A stretch of 64,000 nt of DNA from the human T2T-CHM13v2.0 reference genome, Homo sapiens (GCF_009914755.1 NC_060926.1); one strand, 5' to 3'; counted from the stretch's first letter, positions 42,915 through 54,492 are shown. Numbers and translations: made by a program. Notes: a model not told the origin generated them from the sequence alone.

Positions 42915-43110
42915 TTTCTCAAAACAGGGTGCAGGAACCATCCACAACCCAATGCCTTGGAAAGAGTAGGTTTGAAAAAACAAAAAGCCAGATACAGATT
43001 CCTAGGCCTCTCTTAGACCAATGAAACCAGACACTCTGGAGCCGGGGCCAGGGAATCTGCATTTGATTCAGCCCTGCTGAATCCAAGGCACACCAACATT
43101 TGAGAATCTC
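42915..43110. mobile_element. MER5A-like element
   Basis: TTTCTCAAA...CAGATTCCTAGGCC...GGAATCTGCATTT...TTTGAGAATC. Confidence 0.6.
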
Positions 43111-44870
43111 CATGGTGAGAGGCTGCTTCCTCTCTCTCCTTCCGTGCTAAATAGTGGAAACCAGATAGCTGGGCCCTAAGCGGGCACAGGGAGAAAGGCG
43201 GGGAGGCCACATCGCCTCCCCCAGAGCAAGGCATCTGTTAGGAGGCTCTCAGATGAAAGGCAGGAAGGAAAAATGGTTCTTCCACTAGGCTGGCATTTTA
43301 GAAAACTCTGTTTCAAACACCCTGAATTTTGAGCCCTGAAAATGGTTATTATTTTTGCCCTCATTACCTTCTTTCCCTATTTAAAATGGAATCATTGTCA
43401 GAAGAAAACTGCAGCTTCACACATCCCTGCCATAGCCTCACACAATAGACACTAAAAATAGGGCCCTGCTTCCAAGCTCCGCAAAACTCTCCAAAATGAG
43501 AAAATATATACATAACTGGAGGTCTTCCTGGCTTGTCTACTGACATCCGTTTTGCCTTTACTTTCCCCAAAATAGCCTTCCATTCTTTTTGGAATGACCT
43601 CATTTTCCTGATGTGCACCAGCTCCGAGCGCTGGGCAGGGGAGGGTGCTGGCCTGCCTGCCTCAACTATTCTTCCTGGGTTTTCTATTGCAACTTGTGAG
43701 TCAGTCATCTCTGGGGACAGAGCAGATCTGGAACCTTCTTGGCAAACGTCAGACTTGCCTGCAGATGTGACGATGGCATCCCTGCCCTGCCTACCTTTGA
43801 CATTAGCCCGTGAGACAAAAACACTAGAGATTTGAACAGGATCAGCCAGGCAGGACGGGGGTCAGAGCTCCATACCTAGACTGAGGCAGAAGCCCCCGCA
43901 CCGTGATGGGAATCGTAAGGGAAAGACCACAGAGTGACTTCATGAAGGGATGTGCTGGAAAGGCGGATTAAGAGGAATGTGGGCAGAAGCTCAGCGACAG
44001 GATGATGGGACTTTCGCAGGGGCAGACATGTTGCTGCCTTGGCATTATGGCAAATCCTAAGGCCTGAAATAGCACGGCTTCTTTTAAAATCCCTCCTGGC
44101 ATCTGCCCACGGCACCCACACCCAGGAAATGGTGGGTGCGGTCTGTTTGCACCCACTGCGGTGAGCTAGAACAATTTCACTCACTTTGGAAAAGAATATA
44201 GACAGGAAATGATTGCAAAGCAGAGAAAGGCAGAGTTGTCATGGAATTATTCCATTCGCTTTGGCTTTTCCTTTTGTAGCTGGGGCACTGCTGTGACTAT
44301 GGCATCTGCCGTGCACCCAGCTCACCAGGTGGGAGTTCCAACCTCAACTAAAGTAAAGCTTCTCCCATCCCCCATCAACTCCTTAGCTCATTCCCTAAGC
44401 CAGTGTCTAGAGATCACATGTCCCAGACCTGCCATAGGCTTGCTCCAGGGCCAGCGACGCCAACAGCCACTCCTGTCTGGGCCTAGTCCCCTCCTCTCTG
44501 CCGAATGGCCCAGAACCACTCACCAGCCCACGGCAAAATAGGCTCAGCAGGGTAGGGTCAACTCTACCATGGCGTTTTATTATCCTGAGAAGCCACAGTC
44601 AGACATATCAACCTGAACCAATGCCTGTCATCCACATGTCTTTCCAGCATCCTCTCCTCTGGGCATCTCTGGGCACACGCCATCTCTTGGGTAGCCGCCA
44701 CTACACAATAGATGTGTTCCAGGAAAGTTATGCATGACAGGGATTTTTAAAATCTAGACTTGTGTGGAATGAAAATAATTATCTTAGTTGTTGTAGGAAT
44801 TTTGTTTTCAGGACGAATTCTCCTAACCTGTAGCTCTCATGTGCAGATTTTCACTTTCAAGACTTATATG

Positions 44871-44968
44871 ATCACATATATATTAACTCTTTTAGTTGTC
44901 CACTACCATTGATTGGAGTGGTTTCTAGCATGGTAGTAGACAACTAAAAGAGTTGATATATATGTGAT
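44871..44968. repeat. inverted repeat: 39-bp arms, 20-nt loop
   Basis: 44871-44909 vs reverse complement of 44930-44968 are identical at 37 of 39 positions. Confidence 0.95.
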
Positions 44969-44979
44969 TGCATTGCATA

Positions 44980-45420
44980 TGTCTTAAAACAACCATTTTA
45001 TTATTTCTCTCGATTCAATGAGTTGACTAGGCCTCAGCTGGAAACTTCTTCTGTTGACCTTGTATGGGGTGTCCCTTGTATGGGGTCTGCAGTCAGATGG
45101 CTTGGACATCCTGGACGGCTCCCCTCCCATGACTGGGGTCTTGCTGGAGCTGGCTGGAAGGCTGGGCCCTCTTGTTCAATTCACCTGATCTTTCCATGTG
45201 GCTACTAGCTTGGGCTTCCTTATAGCAGGGCGGCTGGCTCCAGGAGCAAGCAGTCCAAGAGGTTAATAAGCCCCATTGTGCTTGAGAACTTACCAAGCCT
45301 CTGTTTGCATCCCTCCTGCTAATACCCTCAGCCCGTCATGTGGCCAAGCTCAGAGACACTGTGGACAGCACCAGAAGGCTTCCTTGACAGCTACAGATAT
45401 TACAGTCTACCATACCCATC
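44980..45420 (-). mobile_element. old MLT1 (G/H-like) LTR
   Basis: CTTAAAACAACCATTTTATTATTTCTC...CCATGTGGCTACTAGCTTGGGCTTCCTTATAGCA...GTCTACCATA. Confidence 0.6.
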
Positions 45421-45605
45421 ATTCCATAAATGCAGCCTACTTAGAGATAACTGAGTCTGGCACACATGAAATCCTGTGAGCAAATTTCAGGTCTCCCTTT
45501 CTCAGGGAGGAAGCTACAACACACATAGAGCCACTCAGTGTGAAAGAAAGAGCCAGCCAGCTCTCCTTACCAGGCAAATTCTCATTAGCACCAAAGGAAG
45601 TTTGA

Positions 45606-45953
<348 letters not shown>

Positions 45954-46300
45954 TAATAACATTTTAATTGAAAAATAACACTTGTAAATAGTAACTCATA
46001 GTTCACTATTTACCTCCTTTAAATCACTAGATTTGATTGACAGTAACTATTTACATGACCTCTGGCCCACAGGCTTCTCTCGTGCTTCCCTCACCTGAGA
46101 AACAAGACTACCAAGTTTGCAAGGAGGTGCCTCAGTTCCCTGCAAATATGTCCACTTCAGAGAAGCCTTTGCCATCAGGTGCAGATCTTACATGCCATTG
46201 TCTATAGGACAGAAAATATCCAGTCTGCTGAAACATTTCCTCCCTTGGGCAGAGGTACTCATGATTTCTAGCACCTGGTGCTTAAAAAACTTCAATAGAG

Positions 46301-46782
46301 CAGGGGTTCCCAATTCCCAGACCGTGGACCAGTATAGGTCTATGGCCTGCTAGGAACTGAGCCGCACAGCAGGAGGTGATGAGTGGGTGAGCTCACATTA
46401 CCTCCTGAGCTCTGTCTCGTGTCAGATCAGCAGTGGCATTAGATTCTTATAGGGGCATAAACTGTATTGTGAACTGTGCATTCAAGGAATCTAGGTTGTG
46501 CGCTCCTTATTAGAATCTAATCAGTGCCTGATGATGTGAGATGGAACAGTTTCATTTTTAAAATGAAAAAACTCTTGTTTTAGAAATTTTGCTTAGGTTA
46601 AACTTTATATATATATATATATCCTATTACTACTAATACTATGGAGAACACTGATAGTCCTTGATGGAAACTGTTTAGAGAGTTATGCAAAATAAATGCA
46701 TTTGACACCTTTGCCTCCTCATCCATGGAACAATTGTCTTCCATGAAACCAGTCCCTGGTGCCAGAAGGGTTTGGGACATTG
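46301..46782 (+). mobile_element. MER1B hAT element carrying a ~150-bp foreign insertion
   Basis: CAGGGGTTCCCAA...GGAACAGTTTCAT [insert ~46556-46710] CCATGGAACAATTGTCTTCCATGAAACCAGTCCCTGGTGCC...GGGACATTG. Confidence 0.88.
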
Positions 46783-47199
46783 AAATGGAGGACTGGTTTT
46801 GTTTTGTTTTTAGTAACATTGATCCACTTTTCTGAGGTCCTGCAAGGAAAAAAAAGTGGATTTTAAAGCCTCAAAGAGGAAAATCAAGGATGATTATTTT
46901 GAATAACAGCAAGAAATAAAAATTCAAGACAAACCATATAGCAGTGTGACATAAAATAGCATAAAAGTGGCAAGGTGTAGCAAAAGTATTTTTTAAAACA
47001 TTTCCTTAATGGAAAATTCGAAACACTTATGTAAGTAGACAGAATAGTATAATGAATCTCTTCTGTCCATGGTCTAGCTTCAATACTCATCAATTTACAG
47101 CCAACCTTCGTTCATCTTGACTTCCACTCATGCATTCCCTCCTCCTAATAATTTCGATGTACATCCCAGACATCATATTATTACAACTGTAAAAATTTC

Positions 47200-47525
47200 A
47201 GTGAATCTCAAAGTCATTGTGCTGAGTGAAAGAAGCTGGACAAAAACAATATATATTTTATTATTTGTTTAGAATTCTAGAACATGCAAACCAATCTATA
47301 TTGACAAGAAGCTGATCAGTGACTGGGGACAGGACTGGGAGAGGCAAGAGGAAAGGATTACAAAAGCACCTGAGAAAATTTTGGAGAGGGTGATGAATAC
47401 GTCCGTTATCTTGACTGTGGTGATGGTTTCACAGGTGGCTACACAAGTCGCAACTCACAAAACCGTGCATTTTAAGTACGAGCAGTTAGTTGTACACCAA
47501 TTATACCACCATGGATTTATTTTAA
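47200..47525 (+). mobile_element. L1M (MB/MC/ME-like) 3'UTR fragment
   Basis: GTGAATCTCAAA..GCTGAGTGAAAGAAGC...TATCTTGACTGTGGTGATGGTTTCACAGGTG...CAATTATACC. Confidence 0.7.
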
Positions 47526-47564
47526 GATAACACACTATGGTTGAAGATTGGGTTAATTAATTTA

Positions 47565-48000
47565 TTTATTTTTTATTTTTTGAGACAGACTTTTGCCCTT
47601 TTCGCCCAGGTTGCTTCATTTCTTGGCTCACTGCAACCTCCACCTGCCAGGTTCAAACGATTCTCCTATGGCGTGAACTCAGGAGGCAGAGGTTGCAGTG
47701 AGCCAAGATCGCGCCTCTGCACTGCACCGCACTGCACTCCAGCCTGGGCGACAGTGCAAGATTCCGTCTCAAAAAAAAAAACAAAAAACAAAAAACAATC
47801 CTCCTGCCTCAGCCTCCCAAGTAGCTGGAACTACAGGTGCAGCAACCACACCTGGCTAATGTGTTTGTTTGTTAGTTTTGGTAGAGACGGGGGTTTCACC
47901 ATGTTAGCCAGGCTGGTCTCAAATGCCTGACCTCGGGTGATCCGCCCACCTCGGCCTCCCGAAGTGCTGGGATCACAGGAGTGAGCCACCATGCCCGGCC
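47565..48000 (-). mobile_element. AluS host containing an oppositely oriented Alu fragment
   Basis: TSD TGAAGATTGGGTT at 47542-47554 and 48001-48013. Confidence 0.9.
47668..47792 (+). mobile_element. 5'-truncated AluY-like right-arm fragment nested in the AluS
   Basis: Starts ATGGCGTGAAC (AluY diagnostic); own A-tail; TSD AAACGATTCTCCT (47655-67) / AAACAATCCTCCT (47793-805). Confidence 0.88.
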
Positions 48001-48756
48001 TGAAGATTGGGTTTAAAAACAACCAGGGCTTTAAAAACTTGAGTTAGATGTTTAAAATAATTTGTTTTTTCTTTCTGTCCTCATTAACATAAATATTTAA
48101 GGATATGCCTTTTCCTTTGAGCACTGCTGCAGCTATACCCACAGGTTCTGTTATACAGTTTTGCAATTGCTGTTTTCTAAAATGTCTTTGTTAACGTAAA
48201 GTTAAGAGTTTTTTCTTTTAAAAACATTTCAGATGGAAGAATCTTTTTCTAGTTCTTTGTTATCAATGTCTAGTTTAATCCTATTATGATTAGGGGATTT
48301 GCTTGTACTATTTCTACTTTTGATAATTTGTTGAAATTTTATTATGTACATTTATGTAGTCAGAGTTCATGAATGTTTCACTGACCTTCGTAAAGAAGGT
48401 AAACTTTCCATTTTCAGGATATAGATTTTTGACATATATCAACCAGATCAATGTTCTTACTTTCTACTTATTTCTGTTATTTGATCTGACATGAATTAAT
48501 AGCTTTGAAAAGTTTTCTACTACAAGTGTGTTTCTATTTCTCCTCATATCCTCTGTAATTTCTGCCTTATGAATATTGATGCTATGTGCTTTTGCACACA
48601 GACGCTTATTAGCTATTTCATCTTTTCTGTGCGTTGTGTCTTTTAGCATTAGAATGCTCCCTTGTTTGTCTCATTTAATGTTCTTTGGCCCTGAATTTCT
48701 TCCTCTTTGAAGGCAAACTGGCGACACTTGCTAGCTTTTGGTTTGCGCTTGCCTGG

Positions 48757-49249
48757 TGCGATGGTTAATACTGAGTGTCAACCTGACTGGATTGAAGGAT
48801 GCAATATTGATCCTAGGTGTGTCTGTGAGGGTGCTGGCAAAGGAGATTAACATTTGAGTCAGTGGGCTGGGAAGGCAGGCCCACCCTTAATCAGGTGGGC
48901 ACCATCTAATCAGCTGCTAGAGAGTATAAACCAGACGGAAAAACGTGAAGAAGAGAGACTGGCCTAGCCTTTCAGCCTACATCTTTTTCCCATGCTGGAT
49001 GCTTCCTGCCCTTGAAGATTGGATTCCAAGTTCTTCAGTTTTGGGACTCGGACTGGCTCCTCTTGCTCCTCAGCTTGCAGACAGCCTATTGTGGCCTTGT
49101 GATTGTGTAAGTTAATATTTAATAAACATATATTATATATTATATATACATAATAAAATATATAATATATATAACAAAAATATATATATATATATATATT
49201 ATATATATCCTATTAGTTCTGTCCCTCCAGGAGAACCCTGACTAATAAA
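48757..49249 (+). mobile_element. 5' LTR (MLT2A1-type)
   Basis: TGCGATGGTTAATACTGAGTGTCAAC start; TATAAA at 48925-30; expanded TA-rich tract at 49128-49208. Confidence 0.93.
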
Positions 49250-49294
49250 GATTTTGGTACCAGGTAGTGGTTCTAGAGAAACAGAATATTACGG

Positions 49295-50085
49295 GTGGAG
49301 TTCTTTCATTGGTTTTGGGGTTTCTGGAGTTGGCTGCTTAATATGATTAAACACAAAAATGCTAAGGACTCTACTTCTAATAGTATGGAGAACACTGATA
49401 GTCCTTGGTGGAAACTGTTTAGAGAATTACACAAAATAAATGCATTTGACACTCCTGATTCACTGCTCATGAGAGTTTAGTGACACTTCACATAATACCT
49501 TCGGCCATATGTGGAGACCCAAGGAACATAATGAAGCTGGTTGATTGCTCCTAAGTTCAGTGGACAAAGTGATGACAGAAAATGGTGAACTCAGGGATTC
49601 TGTCTCCTGGCTTCAGAAGCAGATACTGACCCTCAAATCTGCTAAGATTGCCCTGAGTGAGAGTCTTGTCTCCTGTAGAGAAAGAGCTGAAATTGTGGAA
49701 AAACAGACACAAGCTCTTACCATGCGAGTGGCTGACCTGCAACAAAAGGTTCATGCACAGCCTCGCCAGCTGTCTACTGTTAAAGTGAGAGCATTGATTG
49801 GAAAAGAATGGGACCCTGCAACTTGGAATAGGGGCATGTGGGAGGACCCTGATGTTTGTAAACTCTGATGAACCTTTTTTGCCAGAAGGAACAGCTTCCC
49901 TATCCCCAGTAGTGGCAACATCCCCTCTCTAACCCATGCTGCCATCAGCCTTTCCACTTTTGTCTGAGGAGATAAACCCTGAGCTGCCTGAGGCAATAGT
50001 GACAGCCTCCCCTGAGGCAGTGGCCAGGTAAAATAATGTTGATTCTCCTCAGGAGCCAACCCCAACACCCCTTTTTGCTTCTAGG
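49295..50085 (+). pseudogene. gag: HERV-L gag remnant (5' part only)
   Basis: ORFs 49295..49480 and 49545..49868 (..LQQKVHAQPRQLSTVKVRALIGKEWDPATW); interrupted by stops and frameshifts. Confidence 0.85.
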
Positions 50086-53000
50086 TAACTGCGTGGGGGA
50101 AAGGGAAATGATCAGACATTTGGGGGACTACTGGACACAGGCTCTGAGCTGACGTTGATTCCAGGGGACCCAAAACATAATTGTGATCCTCCAGTTAAAG
50201 GAAGGGCTTATAGAGGTCAGGTAATTAATGGAATTTTAGCTCAGGTCCAACTTACAGTGGGTCCAGTGGGTCCCTGGACTCATCCTGTGGTCATTTCCCC
50301 AGTGTCAGAATGCATAATTGGCATAGATAGCAGCTGGCAGAGCCCCCACATTGGCTCCGTGACTGGTAGGGTGAGGGCTATTATGGTGAAAGGTCAAATG
50401 GAAGCCATTAGAGCTGCCTCTACCTAGAAAAAATAGTAAATCAAAAACAATATCACATCCCTGGAGGGATTGCGGAGATTAGCGGCACCATCAAGGATTG
50501 AAGTATGCAGGCTGGTGATTCCCACCACATCCCCTTTCAACTCTCCCGTTTGGCCTGTGCAGAAGACAGATGGATCTTGTAGAATGACAGTGGATTATCA
50601 TAAGCTTAACCAAGTGGTGACTCCTATATCAGTTGCTGTACCAGATGTGGTTTCATTGCTTGAGCAAATTAACATATCTGGTACCTGGTATGCAGTCATT
50701 GACTTGGCAAATGCCTTTTTCTCCATTCCTGTCCATAAGGCCCACCAGAAGCAATTTGCCTTTAGCTGTCAAGACCAGCAATATACCTTTACTGTCCTAC
50801 TTTAGGGATATATTAACTCTTTGGCTTTGTGTCATAATCTTATCTGAGAGACTTTGATCGCTTCTCTCTTCCATGAGATATCACACTGGTCCGTTACATT
50901 GATGATATTATGCTGATTGGATCCAGTGAGCAAGAAGTAGTAAATACACTGGACTTATTGGTGAGACATTTGCATGACAGAGCATGGGAAATAAATCTGA
51001 CTAAAATTAAAGTAACTTCTACGTCAGGAAAATGTCTGGGGGTCCAATGGTGTGGGGCCTGTAGAGATATTCCTTCTAAGGTAAAGGATAAGTTGCTGCG
51101 TTTGGTCCCTCCTACAACCAAGAAAGAGGCACATGCCTAGTGGGTCTATTTGGATTTTGGAGGCAACACGTTCCTCATTTGGGTGCCTTACTCTGGCGCA
51201 TTTATTGAGTGACCCAAAAGCCTGCCAGTTTTGAGTGGGGTCCAGAACAGAAGAAGGCTCTGCAACAGTTCCAGGCTGTTGTGCAAGCTGCTCTGCCACT
51301 TGGGCCATATGACCCAGCAGATCCAAAGGTGCTTGAAATGTCAGTGGCAGATAGGGATAGATCTTGGAGAATGACAGTGGATTATCATAAGCTTAATCAA
51401 GTGGTGACTCCAATTTCAGCTGCTGTACCAGATGTGGTTTCATTGCTTGAGCAAATTAACACATCTGGTACCTGGTATGCAGCCACTGACTTGGCCTTCG
51501 GAGCCTTTGGCAGGCTCCCATAAGTGAATCACAGTGGAGGCCTGTAGGATTTTGGAGCAAGGCCCTACCATCTTCTGAAAATAACTACTCTCCTTTTGAC
51601 AGACAGCTCTTGGCCTGTTACTGGGCTTTGGTGGAAACTGAATGTTTGACTATGGGTCATCAAGTCACCATGCGACCTGAACTGTCTATCATGCACTGGA
51701 TGTTTTCTGACCCATCTGGTCATAAAGTGGGTCATGCACAGCAGCATTCCATCATCAAATGGAAGTGGTATATATGTGATCGGGCTCGAGCCGGTCCTGA
51801 AGGCACAAGTAAGTTACATGAGGAAGTGGCTCAAGTGCCCATGGTCTCTACTCCTGCCACCTGCCTTCTCTCCCCTAGCCTGCACCGATGGCCTCATGGG
51901 GAGTTCCCTGTGATCAGTTGACAGAGGAAGGGAAGACTAGGCCCTGGTTCAGAGATGGTTCTACATGATATGCAGGCACCACCCGGAAGTGGACAGCTGC
52001 AGGACTACAGCCCTTTCTAGGACATCCCTGAAGGACAGCGGTGGAGGGAACTTCCCAGTGGGCAGAACTTCGAGCAGTGCACCTGGTTATGCACTTTGCA
52101 TGGAAGGAGAAATGGCCAGATGTCTGATTATATACTGATTCATGGGCTGCAGCCAATGGTTTGGCTGGATGGTCAGGGACTTGGAAGAAGCATGATTGGA
52201 AAATGTGTGACAAAGAAATCTAGGGAAGAAGTATGTGGATGGACCTCTCTGAGAGGTCAAAAACTGTGAAGATATTTGTATCCCATGTGAGTGCTCACCA
52301 ATGGGTGACCTCAGCAGAGGGGGATTTTAACAATCAAGTGGATAGGATGACCTGTTCTGTGGACACCACTCAGCCTCTTTCCCCAGCCACTTCTGTCATC
52401 ACCCAATGGGACCATGAACAAAGTGGCCATGGTGGCAGGGATGGAGGTTACGCATGGGCTCAGCAACATGGACTTTCACTCACCAAGGCTGACCTGGCTA
52501 TGGCCACTGCTGAGTGCCCAATTTGCCAGCAGCAGAGACCAACACTGAGCCCTTGATATGGCACCATTCCTCAGGGTGATCAGCCAGCTACTTGGTGGCA
52601 GGTTCATTACACTGGACTTATTCCATCATGGAAAGGGCAGACGCTTGTCCTCACTGGAATAGACACATACTCTGGACATGGGTTTGCCTATCCTGCATGC
52701 AATCTTTCTGCCAAGACTACCATCTGTGGACTCACAGAATGCCTTATCCACCGTCATGGTATTCCACACAGCATTGCCTCTGACCAAAGCACTCTCTTCA
52801 TGGCTAAAGAAGTGCGGCAGTGTGCTCATGCTCATGGAATTCACTGTACCATGTTCCCCATCATCCTGAAGCAGCTGGATTGATAGAACGGTGGAATGGC
52901 CTTCTGAAGTCACAATTACAATGCCAACTAGGTGACAATACTTTGCAGGCCTGGGGCAAAGTTCTCCAGAAGGCCACGTACGCTCTGAATCAGTGTCCAA

Positions 53001-53110
53001 AATATAGTACTGTTTCTCCCATAGCCAGGATTCATGGGTCCAGGAATCAAGGAGTGGACTTGGAAGTGGCACCACTCACTATCAGCCCCATTCTTGTTCC
53101 CACGACATTA
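50086..53110 (+). pseudogene. pol: HERV-L pro-pol remnant (protease, RT, RNase H, integrase)
   Basis: LLDTGS protease motif (Asp codon 50134-36); [26 protein letters not shown]; YIDD at 50895-50906; HEQSGH..CPIC integrase zinc finger; many stops and frameshifts. Confidence 0.93.
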
Positions 53111-53341
53111 CATTCTACTGGCCTAGAGGTCTTAGTTCCAGAGGGAGGAATGCTGCCACCAGGAGAAACAACAACGATCCCATTAAACTGGAAGTTAAGA
53201 TTGACACCTGGCCACTTTGGGATCCTTCTACCTTTAAGTCAACAGGCTAAGAAGGGAGTTATAGTGTTGGTTGGGGTGATTGACCTGGAATATCAAGACA
53301 AAATCAGTCTACTACTCCACAATGGAGGTAAAGAAGAGTAA
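53111..53341 (+). pseudogene. dut: HERV-L dUTPase remnant
   Basis: C-terminal part of ORF 52820..53341: LPPGETTTIPLNWKLRLTPGHFGILLP..KGVIVLVGVIDLEYQDKISLLLHN, at the ERVL-typical position after integrase. Confidence 0.85.
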
Positions 53342-53925
53342 AAATGGAATATAGGAGATCGATTAGGCAGTCTCTTAGTATTACCATGCCCCATGATTAA
53401 GGTCAATGGGAAACTACTACATCCCAATCCAGGCAGGACTACAAATGACTCAGATCCTTCAGGAATGAAGGTTTGGGTCACTCCACCAGGAAAAAAAAAT
53501 ACGTCCTGCTGAGATGCTTGCTGAAGGCAAAGGGAATACAGAATGGGTAGTAGAAGGAGGTAGTCATCAATACCAGCTATGACCATGTGACCAGCTGCAG
53601 AAATAAAGACTGTAATTGTCATGAGTATTTCCTCCTTCTTTTATTAAAAATATATTTGTACATGTATACACTTGTACTAAGAAAATATCTTTGTTTTATT
53701 TCCTTTTCCTTTATCATGTGACATAAGATTTATTGACTTCATATCAGCATTTAAGTATTGTTAACTTTATGTAATAGTACTTGGTTGGGGATTGGTGTGT
53801 TTCCAGTTGTATGAAGGATAGTTGTATTACGTTAGGTATAATTATGACCTTATTATTGTCTTTATTTGAAGATTATGTATGATCTCAGGAGATGTGTATG
53901 GGTTCAAGTTGACAAGGGGTGGACT

Positions 53926-54354
53926 TGTGATAGTTAATACTGAGTGTCAACTTGATTGGATTGAAGGATGCAATATTGATCCTGGGTATTTCTGTGAGGG
54001 TGTTGCTAAAGGAGATTAACATTTAAGTCAGTGGGCTGGGGAAGGCAGACCCACTCTTAATCAGGTGGACACCATCTAATCAACCACCAGTGAATATAAA
54101 CCAGGCAGAAAAATATGAAGAGGTGAGACAGGCCTAGCCTCCCAGCCTACGTCTTTCCCTTGTGCTGGATGCTTCCTGCCCTGAAATATCAGACTCCAAG
54201 TTCTTTAGCTTTGGGACCCAGACTGGCTCTTGTTGCTCCTCAGCTTACAGACAGCTTATTGTGGGACCTTGTGATCATGTAAGTCAATACTTAATAAACT
54301 CATACATATATATATATCCTATTAGTTCTGTCTCTCTAAGATAACACTAATACA
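53926..54354 (+). mobile_element. 3' LTR (MLT2A1-type)
   Basis: TGTGATAGTTAATACTGAG...CTAATACA; TATAAA at 54095-54100; GTAAGT at 54279-84; AATAAA near 54293. Confidence 0.93.
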
Positions 54355-54492
54355 CCTGGTACACATTTGTTCATTCTTATCATTTCCAATCTTTTATGGT
54401 TCACTTGTTTTAGATATGTTTCCTTTAAACAGCATAGAATTGGATGTTGCTTTATGATACAATGTGAAAATCATTTACCTTAATGAATGAAT

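Larger units (their letters stand above)
48757..54354 (+). mobile_element. HERV-L provirus with two MLT2A1-type LTRs, defective
   Basis: Perfect 5-bp TSD CCTGG (48752-56 / 54355-59); PBS TGGTACCAGG at 49255; polypurine tract AAGGGGTGGACT at 53914-53925; gag-pro-pol-dUTPase order with no env. Confidence 0.97.

Noticed and set aside
49295-53341. Functional or domesticated HERV-L Gag, Pol or dUTPase
   Set aside because: All frames are broken by multiple stops and frameshifts; the longest sense fragment is 173 aa and the gag 3' half is missing.
53342-53925. Possible env gene between dUTPase and the 3' LTR
   Set aside because: The region is too short, has no ORF or env motifs, and ERVL elements lack env.
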